From a virus (taxonomy: Duplodnaviria > Caudoviricetes): a stretch of 63,357 bases of DNA. The translations under genes were made by a program, and so were the position numbers. The notes below the pieces were generated by a model, which ran no database searches, had not been told where the DNA came from, and saw only the letters and a program-made list of their open reading frames with translations. This document shows, piece by piece, positions 1-7,930 of the stretch. Position 1 is the first letter of the stretch. Each line of letters opens with the position of its first letter. Location: positions 1 through 63,357 of the IMG/VR virus record IMGVR_UViG_3300011116_000174, one strand, 5' to 3'.

Positions 1-168
1 CGGCTTGCCCGATCGACCCCGACAAATCAATACCCACAGTGCTACGACCAACCGCCTCGCCGATCACGCTAGGTAGATACACACCCGACGCAACCAGTCT
101 ACGATTCGGACGTCGCCATGTAGCGTTGTCCTTGTCGTTGCAGATGGACGATACAAAGTCTCGCAGGA
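1..168. repeat. End overlap with 63190-63357 (circular assembly; complete genome)
   Basis: 1-168 equals 63190-63357 except 3 mismatches (positions 3, 25, 42); one reading frame runs across the junction. Confidence 0.95.
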
Positions 169-835
169 CTTCGCGCCAATTCACCTTGGCTTCCATGGCT
201 TCGCTAATTTCTCGCGGGACGTTGCCATTTAGTTTCCCCGCAAGTAGCGCACCTTGTCTCAGTGCTTGATCGACCTCACGAGCGAGTGCTTGTTTCTCGT
301 CCTCGGACATTTCACTGGCACTCTCCCAGTCGTGTTCGTCAAAGCCCTGCCCACCTTCCGTTTGTGAATCGCCATCACCATCGCCTTTTCCACCTTGACC
401 TCCTTGTTGTTGTAGTAGTTTGAATACTTGCCCCGCGTCCATGCCCCGATACTTCTCATCAAGACAACCACCCTCGGGCAACGCAACCATCGTGCCTTGC
501 GGGTCAGAGTCGTGAATCATCAGGTTAATCACATAATCGCATGCCATGTTCGCCAACTGCGGATTCTTCTCATAAAGATGTTTCCATACAGTCGTATGAC
601 GAAATGCTTTGTGCAAGTTCTCGTGCAAGATCAGACCCTTGAGTTCGGTATCCTTCAACTTGTCTACAAACTTACGTCCGTAGAATATGTTGCGCCCATC
701 GGTGCATGCAGTAGGCACACTATCGTCCACCTCGGTGCGCCCGAGCATAAAGATACCCGAATACAAACAATACTTAGGGTCATTCATCAATGCGACGTGC
801 GACTTTTGCACACGTTGTTCAGCAGTTAGTTTCAT
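1..835 (-). CDS. Metallopeptidase + VWA protein (DUF2201-like), 5' part; continues across the origin to 62846
   Basis: Not in ORF track. ATG at 835 after AAGGAG; MKLTAEQRVQKSH...PTACTDGR...LILHENLH (HExxH)...ANMACDYVIN; in frame with 62846..63271; ~392 aa in total. Confidence 0.85.
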   Translation of the reverse strand, partial: MKLTAEQRVQKSHVALMNDPKYCLYSGIFMLGRTEVDDSVPTACTDGRNIFYGRKFVDKLKDTELKGLILHENLHKAFRHTTVWKHLYEKNPQLANMACDYVINLMIHDSDPQGTMVALPEGGCLDEKYRGMDAGQVFKLLQQQGGQGGKGDGDGDSQTEGGQGFDEHDWESASEMSEDEKQALAREVDQALRQGALLAGKLNGNVPREISEAMEAKVNWREVLRDFVSSICNDKDNATWRRPNRRLVASGVYLPSVIGEAVGRSTVGIDLSGSIGQA

Positions 836-853
836 AGTTTCTCCTTGTTTGAA

Positions 854-870
854 ATACTGTCAGACAGTAT
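854..870. promoter_or_regulatory. 17-bp palindrome ATACTGTCAGACAGTAT (operator-like)
   Basis: Perfect inverted repeat, recurring 11 times in the early arc. Confidence 0.8.
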
Positions 871-1970
871 TAGAACAACCATTGGTTATCGGTAGCCCAC
901 TTCACAAAGTCCTTGTTGGATACCGCCATGGCTTGTTTGGTAGATGACTTCACGATCGACCGAGCGAACAACGCTTGTAACTCTTTGTCCAACCGATCGG
1001 CATACTTCAACCACTTGGGTAATGTATCTTTGTCCACCCGACTGATTGCAGAGAACACCAAGATACATTTAGCAACCGCGTCATCAGGAACTTTAGCGGA
1101 CGCAGGACTTTCACAGATGGCTTCCCATGTAGGTAACTTGTCCACCACAGTAAAAAATGCTTGCATATCACGACTAGCAGACTCGCCGATCGTGCCCGAC
1201 AACGCGCTGATAGTTACGGACTCGCCCAGTGCGCTACGTTTCTTAGCAATATGACTAGCCTTCTCGAGCGAACGTGGGGTTACAAATGCAGTCTGTCCCG
1301 CCCGAGTAGGATTAAAGATATATGGATTGTCCTTCTGAGCATGGTCAGTATATGACTCAAGCGCATGGGGAAACTGTTTAACCCAAGCGATAATCTCAGG
1401 CGCAATATCGTTATCCAACGCCCAAGCACCCCACGAATCGGGGTCAATACCATCAGCAGTAAACCCCGCGTGTGGCTTACGAACTGTTACAAAACACACA
1501 CGATTCCTTGCATGTGCCTCGAGCGAATCTCCAACACCATCGGTAGATAAGTTAGTCGTGCCGAACACAATGCTACCCTCGGGCAAGTGCATATCACCAA
1601 TGCGTTTCTCGAGCATGAGAGTAAGTAGCACATTCTTGACCGCCTTCATAGCCTTGCCGATCTCGTCGAGCATGACAATCACAGGCTTACCCGATTGGAA
1701 CTTGAACCTAGCGTTAGGCGCAAACTTGGTAACTTTCAAGTCGCTACTCACGTCCTCGGTATACGGCAACGCAAAGTCGCCAAGGTCTAGCAACGTGCAG
1801 TCGATGTATGCCAACTCATAATCGGGAAAGCGTTTAGCCAAGACCTTGAGCATAGATGACTTGCCAATTCCGGGCTCACCTTGACCGATCACAGTAACAT
1901 CAGACCCAACTGTTGCAACCATGTTTGCAAACTCGTTGAGAGATACAGAACTTCCGAACTTAATACTCAT
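870..1970 (-). CDS. MoxR-like AAA+ ATPase
   Basis: Walker A GEPGIGKS, Walker B VMLDE, TTN sensor, TPRS motif; start MSIKF after AAGGAG; adjacent to the VWA gene. Confidence 0.85.
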   Translation of the reverse strand: MSIKFGSSVSLNEFANMVATVGSDVTVIGQGEPGIGKSSMLKVLAKRFPDYELAYIDCTLLDLGDFALPYTEDVSSDLKVTKFAPNARFKFQSGKPVIVMLDEIGKAMKAVKNVLLTLMLEKRIGDMHLPEGSIVFGTTNLSTDGVGDSLEAHARNRVCFVTVRKPHAGFTADGIDPDSWGAWALDNDIAPEIIAWVKQFPHALESYTDHAQKDNPYIFNPTRAGQTAFVTPRSLEKASHIAKKRSALGESVTISALSGTIGESASRDMQAFFTVVDKLPTWEAICESPASAKVPDDAVAKCILVFSAISRVDKDTLPKWLKYADRLDKELQALFARSIVKSSTKQAMAVSNKDFVKWATDNQWLF

Positions 1971-2024
1971 AATAATTCTCCTTGATAAAGTTAAATGAAA
2001 ACAACCAATACCACTTGTCATAAC

Positions 2025-2041
2025 ATACTGTCAGACAGTAT
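2025..2041. promoter_or_regulatory. 17-bp palindrome (extends to 2021-2045)
   Basis: TAAC-ATACTGTCAGACAGTAT-GTTA, just downstream of the promoter at 2064-2092. Confidence 0.8.
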
Positions 2042-2063
2042 GTTACTTCTACAACATAATACT

Positions 2064-2092
2064 ATTATAAATCTTAATACAACCTATGTCAA
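2064..2092 (-). promoter_or_regulatory. Consensus sigma70 promoter
   Basis: TTGACA-17 nt-TATAAT on the minus strand. Confidence 0.85.
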
Positions 2093-3006
2093 ACTAGATT
2101 GGTTAGCACCTCACCCGCCTCGACATCAACCACCTTGGTAACATCGTTGGCTTTCTTGCAGATGTATTCAATGCGGGTAATCACTGATTGGGGGCGATAC
2201 TGATACTCACGAATATCACGTCGCTCAGTTCGTGTTGTGCCATCGTGATACTTCTGTTGAAATTCCTCAGTCCGCACAACCCTACTCTCTTGCGAGTTAG
2301 CCCCCATGGTTATCAATACCAACAAGTTTGGATACTCGTCCTCGGTAGCAGTTTGCATAAATCCAAACAACTGTTTTGCTCTACCCTCAGACAAACGATC
2401 GTTCACGTCATAGTAAGAGAATGATTCACCCCTAAATATCACGTTGCTACGCCCCCAATAGTCCTGAGTTCTACTACTATCCACATACTGTTCAACCAAG
2501 TCGCGGGTAATCCAACCATCAGCCAACTTCAACATGTTTCTACAATAGTCGCGGAATCCCTTGATTTGATCTCGGACGTCGCGGGACTTGGTTCGATCAA
2601 CTACACGCTGTTGCAGTTTGGGTATCTCGGCAGGGACGTATTCACCATTGACGTAGTTAAGTAAGAACATCTGTTCCTTGGGTAAGGGATAACTCTTACC
2701 GCCTACCTCAATCCATATAGACCCATAACGCTTAAAGCAACTGATTGCATAGCGACAATGCTTTTCGATAAACGCAGTAGTCAGGGGTGTTGCCCATGTG
2801 TCAATGCGTAGTTCGATTGACCCATCAGGTCTAAACATCACGCACTTGGTGTCATACAACTGCGCGCCATAGTTTTCACCATCTTGCACAACACGTTCCC
2901 AATCCCTACGACGTTCACCGATAGGACGAATATCCTCAGACCTACCTCGGATTGGTTTGGTGTCGTGATACTTGGACTTCATAATGTTATAACGTTCGAT
3001 ACTCAT
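2089..3006 (-). CDS. Hypothetical early protein (305 aa)
   Basis: Long ORF; likely start MSIERYN after AAGGAG. Confidence 0.8.
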   Translation of the reverse strand: MSIERYNIMKSKYHDTKPIRGRSEDIRPIGERRRDWERVVQDGENYGAQLYDTKCVMFRPDGSIELRIDTWATPLTTAFIEKHCRYAISCFKRYGSIWIEVGGKSYPLPKEQMFLLNYVNGEYVPAEIPKLQQRVVDRTKSRDVRDQIKGFRDYCRNMLKLADGWITRDLVEQYVDSSRTQDYWGRSNVIFRGESFSYYDVNDRLSEGRAKQLFGFMQTATEDEYPNLLVLITMGANSQESRVVRTEEFQQKYHDGTTRTERRDIREYQYRPQSVITRIEYICKKANDVTKVVDVEAGEVLTNLV

Positions 3007-3040
3007 AATGCTCTCCTTGAAATTAAAAAGATGTTTATAA

Positions 3041-3057
3041 ATACTGTCAGACAGTAT
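3041..3057. promoter_or_regulatory. 17-bp palindrome
   Basis: ATACTGTCAGACAGTAT. Confidence 0.8.
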
Positions 3058-3377
3058 TACCTGAACAACCACAATGCCAATGCTATCGGCAAAGCCATAC
3101 CCGCACCGATCCAAAAGAATGTCATAAACAATTCCCCGAACCAATCAACCGCCTCCCGCCAGTCGCTCTTGTGTCGGTATATAGCAGTGGCATACTCCGC
3201 GTCCCTAAACGCTTCACTTGCGCTTCGGTGTGTCCTACCCACCGCGTGTTGCAAGTCGTTAATGTGAACGAGCGTCGCGGGACTACGCAGGTCTATGCCC
3301 TCAACTGTCCCGCAGAACTCGCGCTTGGGTTTGTCTTTTACAAGACGTTGTGTAGATGTAATAGGGTTTACCCTCAT
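3057..3377 (-). CDS. Hypothetical membrane protein
   Basis: C-terminal hydrophobic helix; ATGA overlap with the upstream gene. Confidence 0.7.
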   Translation of the reverse strand: MRVNPITSTQRLVKDKPKREFCGTVEGIDLRSPATLVHINDLQHAVGRTHRSASEAFRDAEYATAIYRHKSDWREAVDWFGELFMTFFWIGAGMALPIALALWLFR

Positions 3378-3565
3378 TTTTTCTCTCCTTTAATTGCCCT
3401 GAGTTTCGCTTTCGCAATCGCCAATACCGCATAGGCATGGCAGTATTCCTCATACCGCGCCATGCTAAACGGATCGACATCCTTGTTGTGTTCCTTGAGA
3501 GTGTTCTCTAACCTATCAATCTCGCGCAATAGATCGGATACCCTCTCGCCTTTATAAAGTTCCAT
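3374..3565 (-). CDS. Hypothetical protein
   Basis: MELYKGE start after GGAGGT; coupled overlaps. Confidence 0.7.
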   Translation of the reverse strand: MELYKGERVSDLLREIDRLENTLKEHNKDVDPFSMARYEEYCHAYAVLAIAKAKLRAIKGEKK

Positions 3566-3666
3566 TACCAATCACCTCCATATAAAAGAAAACCCACTCT
3601 CAACATCAAGAGCAGTATGACCACAAAAAGCACATCACAAAGCGCGTTCCAAAACTTATCGCTCAT
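3565..3666 (-). CDS. Small membrane peptide (33 aa)
   Basis: MSDKFWNALCDVLFVVILLLMLRVGFLLYGGDW; fills the gap in a coupled gene run. Confidence 0.5.
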   Translation of the reverse strand: MSDKFWNALCDVLFVVILLLMLRVGFLLYGGDW

Positions 3667-3667
3667 A

Positions 3668-3754
3668 TCAGTCCCCCTTGAATAGTTCAACAACCTTGCA
3701 AACCGCAATTACTACGATAGCAAGAACCATAACTTCACCTAGCATTTCGTTCAT
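3668..3754 (-). CDS. Small membrane peptide (28 aa)
   Basis: MNEMLGEVMVLAIVVIAVCKVVELFKGD; ATGA overlap, GGAGG RBS. Confidence 0.5.
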   Translation of the reverse strand: MNEMLGEVMVLAIVVIAVCKVVELFKGD

Positions 3755-3945
3755 TTCACAATACCTCCTTTGTTATTTATACCTAATAAATCACTACGAT
3801 TAAAGACCGCCACATAGTTAGACTTGTGTAGCGGGACGATACAGAATCTTCGGGACTTGGCTACCTCGTCCCCGCAAGATAAACACGTCTTGTAGCCTAA
3901 CTCGGCTCGGCGACGCGGGACTTTGTTACCACATAAACATACCAT
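3751..3945 (-). CDS. C4 zinc-finger protein (DksA/TraR-like finger)
   Basis: CLC...RRAELGYKTCLSC; AAGGAGG RBS. Confidence 0.65.
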   Translation of the reverse strand: MVCLCGNKVPRRRAELGYKTCLSCGDEVAKSRRFCIVPLHKSNYVAVFNRSDLLGINNKGGIVK

Positions 3946-3961
3946 AGTGCACCTCCTTAAA

Positions 3962-3978
3962 ATACTGTCAGACAGTAT
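3962..3978. promoter_or_regulatory. 17-bp palindrome
   Basis: ATACTGTCAGACAGTAT, intergenic. Confidence 0.8.
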
Positions 3979-3982
3979 CGGT

Positions 3983-4204
3983 TTACCATTTGGACTCGTT
4001 GTAGTCCTCGGGGTCGGTATTGCGTAAGTCCTCGTAATCCACGCAATACGTTTCTATCTCCATGGCAAGGGTAGAATCCTCTGCCAAGTCCTCAGACCAA
4101 TCTTCGACTAGCCCATCGTTCCACACCGCGACAACCCGCCACTCCACAATCTCATACAGATTGCCATTCTCCACATCTTTAACTTCTCTCTTTCTGCGTT
4201 GCAT
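3983..4204 (-). CDS. Small acidic hypothetical protein
   Basis: MQRRKRE start after AAGGAGG; D/E-rich C-terminal half. Confidence 0.7.
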   Translation of the reverse strand: MQRRKREVKDVENGNLYEIVEWRVVAVWNDGLVEDWSEDLAEDSTLAMEIETYCVDYEDLRNTDPEDYNESKW

Positions 4205-4349
4205 AGCACACCTCCTTGTAAAAACCTCAAGCGGACAGACTGTTGCCAATCTGCCCTATGAAATCTCTATTTGTTTGTTTGCCCTCTGCTATTTTCTCGC
4301 AGTCCTGTTTGGGGTTCGGGCATGGGGTGGTTTACTGCGTGTGATTGAA

Positions 4350-4366
4350 ATACTGTCAGACAGTAT
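4350..4366. promoter_or_regulatory. 17-bp palindrome
   Basis: ATACTGTCAGACAGTAT. Confidence 0.8.
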
Positions 4367-4637
4367 GGGTCTGTAATGCACCCTGTATATATAGATAGTC
4401 GGTCTAATGTATTTCCTACAATAAATTACACCCGCAAGGATACTGCTCGGTATTCATTGACTTAGTTTGTCGGCTCTAACGGACTTGCTATTTTGAACTG
4501 GCGATACGCAACTTTGTATCTTTCTTCCGCTACTTACAATGGTCTGTATTCCCATAGCCTTAGCATATAGGCAACTGCAACCTACGCCTACCTTGCACTA
4601 GGATTAACCTAGCGTTCTACATATTGTTAAAGAGCAA

Positions 4638-4654
4638 ATACTGTCAGACAGTAT
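4638..4654. promoter_or_regulatory. 17-bp palindrome
   Basis: CAA-ATACTGTCAGACAGTAT-TTG. Confidence 0.8.
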
Positions 4655-4698
4655 TTGAGTGGCTCGACAACAACTCGCTTTACCCACTCTATAATACT

Positions 4699-4727
4699 AT
4701 TATAAACCTATGTTAGTCCTATGTCAA
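4699..4727 (-). promoter_or_regulatory. Consensus sigma70 promoter
   Basis: TTGACA-17 nt-TATAAT; shares TTGACATAGG...TATAATAGTATTAT with the 2064-2092 promoter. Confidence 0.85.
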
Positions 4728-4793
4728 TACCCCTAACTTGGAAACTTGACAGTCAGCGTCCCGCGAAACTCATTCTATAAAGATGTTTGCCAA

Positions 4794-4810
4794 ATACTGT
4801 CGGACAGTAT
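4794..4810. promoter_or_regulatory. 17-bp palindrome (central G variant)
   Basis: ATACTGTCGGACAGTAT. Confidence 0.8.
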
Positions 4811-4827
4811 TTTGTTTGACAATGTAT

Positions 4828-5264
4828 AGCGTGGCGGGACTTTGTTCACTAATTTGTTCACTCTGTTCGGGTTTGTTCACTGGTCAATGAACGGGCGGGA
4901 AGTTAAGCGTGGCGGGACTTCGCGGGATTTGTTGTGTGTTGTTCACTCAAAAAATGAAAATACACGACTTGCCAAAAGGCACTTAGTCCCGCGAAACTTT
5001 ACAATGCGTTCTACCTTTACAATGTCAAGAGAAAATTTATCCCCTGTATACTTTTTGAAAATGAGTGAACAAGTGAACATTTATAATAATAATAAATAAA
5101 ATAGATAGATAGAACAAGAACTTAGCCCTGCTTTGTCCCGAAAAAAGTTTGTTCACTCATGAGTGAACATTGTGAACATTGTGAACAAAATGGTTGGTGG
5201 CTACTAACATGCTCTCTCCGCCAAAAACTGGTTTCAACTCCACGTCCTGCGTAGTCCCGCGAAA
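4828..5264. repeat. Iteron-like repeat cluster (TGTTCAC x10, GTCCCGCGAAA, AGCGTGGCGGGACTT) around an AT-rich core; candidate replication origin
   Basis: Non-coding; repeats listed under findings. Confidence 0.6.
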
Positions 5265-5280
5265 TACTGTCAGACAGTAT
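5264..5280. promoter_or_regulatory. 17-bp palindrome
   Basis: ATACTGTCAGACAGTAT. Confidence 0.8.
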
Positions 5281-5463
5281 TTGGGTGTAATTGGGTATCT
5301 TTGTGGGTGCGTGATGTAACGTGAAAGAACTTTATGGAATGAAGCGGGACGACGTGCAACCTGAACGCAACCTACTCGCACCGACCCTCTCTCCCGCGCC
5401 CTCTCCCCAACTCTCCCGCCAACCAGCCCCACCAACCGAGATGACACCAGTTCCCAAAGGGCG

Positions 5464-5490
5464 AAAAAAAACCCCGCCTTTCGGCGGGGC
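5464..5490 (-). terminator. Rho-independent terminator
   Basis: CCCCGCC-GAAA-GGCGGGG followed by T8 on the minus strand, after the 5510..5989 gene. Confidence 0.85.
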
Positions 5491-5509
5491 TTAGTCCTGC
5501 GGTGTCCTG

Positions 5510-5989
5510 TTACTCGCCGTCGAACTCGTCGAGCGCGTCGATAACGAAAGCCACAAGTTCGGCGTATTGTTCGCGGTATTGCTCAACCGCTTGGCGTAAG
5601 CCCTTGCTAACTGAATCGGCGGGGCTATCCTTAACGATCGACAATTTGACGATCGGCTTGGATTCATTAGCCTTTGTTACCTTCGCGCCCTTCGCGGCGG
5701 GTTTGCGGTAAGCGTTCATGCTAAACGGGACGCCGTCATTGACCGCCTTGCGAAAAGCCGTCGCAAGGTTTTTAATGGTTTGCTCGGCTTTACCCGCTTT
5801 CGATAACACTTCAGTAAAGCGGATCATTACCGCATCTCCGCTTTTAACTGTGCCGAGGGGCTTACCCTTACGTGCCTTGCGTATTGCTTGGCAACCCTTG
5901 TCAATCTCCGCCGTAGCATTACCAGCCACTACAATATTGTTTGCTACGTCAACGCTTAATTGCTCTTGTTTGCTTAACTGAATAGTCAT
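5510..5989 (-). CDS. Hypothetical protein, monocistronic immediate-early candidate
   Basis: MTIQLSKQ after AGGAG; own promoter and terminator. Confidence 0.8.
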   Translation of the reverse strand: MTIQLSKQEQLSVDVANNIVVAGNATAEIDKGCQAIRKARKGKPLGTVKSGDAVMIRFTEVLSKAGKAEQTIKNLATAFRKAVNDGVPFSMNAYRKPAAKGAKVTKANESKPIVKLSIVKDSPADSVSKGLRQAVEQYREQYAELVAFVIDALDEFDGE

Positions 5990-6041
5990 AGTAATTCTCC
6001 TAATTATGTCGTAAGCGATATTGCCCCGATCCATAAGTGAT

Positions 6042-6070
6042 ACTTTACTCTTATGTTATCGCTATGTCAA
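6042..6070 (-). promoter_or_regulatory. sigma70 promoter
   Basis: TTGACA-17 nt-TAAAGT. Confidence 0.7.
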
Positions 6071-6092
6071 TAGGATTTTGTCAAAAAATCAA

Positions 6093-6109
6093 ATAATGTC
6101 CGACAGTAT
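6093..6109. promoter_or_regulatory. Degenerate 17-bp palindrome
   Basis: ATAATGTCCGACAGTAT (one arm mismatch). Confidence 0.6.
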
Positions 6110-6448
6110 TTCGCGACCCCAACCCCCCAAAATGGCGAGATGTTACTTGGCGTCCGCTCTGCTGCTGTAATGTGCACAAAGGATGTGCTCAAAATAAAAA
6201 TGACCCCCACCCCTATTAGGGTTTTCCCTAGGTTTTGTTTCTTATAATATACAAAACACCCCCCTTATGTATATTTTGGGACTCCTACCCCCGGGGGGTA
6301 TATAAAAATTTTAAAATGCCGGTGCCATATTAAAGTAGACTTTAATGACTCATAAATGTTGCATTAACCCACTTAAGGACTTATTTATGATACATTGTTG
6401 CAGCGCAGCAATTGTGTGATATACTACACATTATTTGAGGAGAACCTT

Positions 6449-6676
6449 ATGAAACAAGTACTTACCATCAAAGACTTTATCGACCAGCAGTACGAGTTGC
6501 AAAAGCGCTATGCTGATGTAGCCGACAAGTTTGTTAGCAAGGCTGTAGATTTGATGCCCAAAGCCCCAACTCCTGCCGAAGTTATTGATTCTGCTATGGA
6601 AATCAACAAACTAGCAGCCAAAGTGGTGCAGGATGAACTAACTACAGCGGCTAAAAAGTTCTACGACTTTAAGTAA
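6449..6676 (+). CDS. Small helical protein, possibly phasin-like
   Basis: ATG after GAGGAG; amphipathic helices; upstream TGC-rich inverted repeat. Confidence 0.6.
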   Translation: MKQVLTIKDFIDQQYELQKRYADVADKFVSKAVDLMPKAPTPAEVIDSAMEINKLAAKVVQDELTTAAKKFYDFK

Positions 6677-6787
6677 TTTTAGGTAAACTAAGTTTGGAAG
6701 GCGGTCTGGGCTAGAAGCTCACACCCGCTAACGAATCGACTAGCTGTCTACAGTCTCACGACGCCTTCCATTTTCCAGGGAGGCGTC

Positions 6788-7267
6788 ATGAAATTTTCAA
6801 TTCGTAAGGTTGATATTAGAGAACCCGCTAACGTCAATCTGCTATTACATTTGCAAAGAAGGATATTACCGAGTGATCGCTCCTATAAACCTGACCACGG
6901 GCATTGGTGGATTGCCTACGCTGAGTGTGGAAAACCTGTTGGCTTTGGCGGCCTCGTCCGATCTATTCGTTTTAGTGATACTGGGTATCTATGTCGCGCT
7001 GGTGTGCTTGATGCTTTCACTGGTCACGGACTTCAAAAAAGACTGATAGATGCCCGAGTGCGTAAAGCCAAAGAGCTTGGCTGGAACTGGGTCATCACAG
7101 ACACAACAGACAACCCAGCCAGTGCTAACAGCCTCATTAATGCGGGGTTTAAAATTTACACACCTGGAGAACCTTGGTCTTATAAACATAGCATTTATTG
7201 GAAGTACAAGGTCGACCAGTCTGCGTACAAACCCAAAAAATTAAAAAAGTCCTTAGCAACTGTTTGA
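6788..7267 (+). CDS. GNAT-family acetyltransferase
   Basis: YLCRAGV...GHGLQKRLI motif A; NPASANSL..AGF motif B. Confidence 0.85.
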   Translation: MKFSIRKVDIREPANVNLLLHLQRRILPSDRSYKPDHGHWWIAYAECGKPVGFGGLVRSIRFSDTGYLCRAGVLDAFTGHGLQKRLIDARVRKAKELGWNWVITDTTDNPASANSLINAGFKIYTPGEPWSYKHSIYWKYKVDQSAYKPKKLKKSLATV

Positions 7268-7309
7268 AAACAATATACAATTCGCTCATCGTTGCCACAA
7301 ACCGCACGT

Positions 7310-7930
7310 ATGCCAATTACTATTGAACCTGAATCAGGAATACCGTTCCCTTTCGATACAAACCCGGAAGAGATAGAACAGTTTCGAGAGCGCGCCAAGG
7401 CCGCAGTAGAAACCATTAAAGAAATCATCCATTTGGGTGGGGAGATAGAAATTACTGAAGACGACCGTGCTCAAGCTAGAAGCGCGGCAGTAGGTAATTC
7501 CACAATTAAAGTCAACGAAAAGAACGCAGGTGCGTTAGTACACCTAGAGGCTATTCTTGCCGAATACGACCGCGACTTACTGAATGTCTCCTCCCGCCTG
7601 CGGTCTTACGTAACCAACAAGCTCCTGCTTGAGACGATCGACGAAGATGCCCGTATAAGGATCAAAGCCTTAGAGTTGCTGGGCAAGGTTACGTCCGTCG
7701 GTCTTTTCTCTGAGAACCTAAACGTAGAAGTAAAGCATCGCAAGATCGAAGACATCGACAGCGAGCTAAATGTATTGCTGGAAAAGTACCTTGGAGTTGC
7801 AGAAGTTGTAGACGAAGAGGACGAGTTAGAGTCTTTAAACAAAGAGAAGAGTTTGCTCGAGATGAACGACGAGGAACTTGGACTAGAAGATGTTAAGTCA
7901 GAAGAAATTAGAACTCCTCCAGCAGCATAA
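7310..7930 (+). CDS. Putative terminase small subunit
   Basis: Directly upstream of and overlapping TerL; RIKALELLGK helix. Confidence 0.6.
   Translation: MPITIEPESGIPFPFDTNPEEIEQFRERAKAAVETIKEIIHLGGEIEITEDDRAQARSAAVGNSTIKVNEKNAGALVHLEAILAEYDRDLLNVSSRLRSYVTNKLLLETIDEDARIRIKALELLGKVTSVGLFSENLNVEVKHRKIEDIDSELNVLLEKYLGVAEVVDEEDELESLNKEKSLLEMNDEELGLEDVKSEEIRTPPAA

Noticed and set aside
1-42. Three mismatches between the end copies as DGR-type variation or true terminal repeats
   Set aside because: No reverse transcriptase; the mismatches are confined to the contig end and the overlap falls mid-gene, so an assembly overlap with end errors or strain variation is simpler
39-1821. Plus-strand ORFs here, and similar antisense ORFs throughout the track
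   Set aside because: Shadows of well-supported genes on the opposite strand; no RBS or recognisable motifs
4383-4398. LexA SOS box CTGTATATATAGATAG
   Set aside because: The right arm lacks the invariant CAG; no linked promoter or lysogeny genes
4842-5447. ORFs 4842..5099 (+) and 5157..5447 (-)
   Set aside because: They run through the repeat cluster, lack an RBS and have repeat-derived sequence
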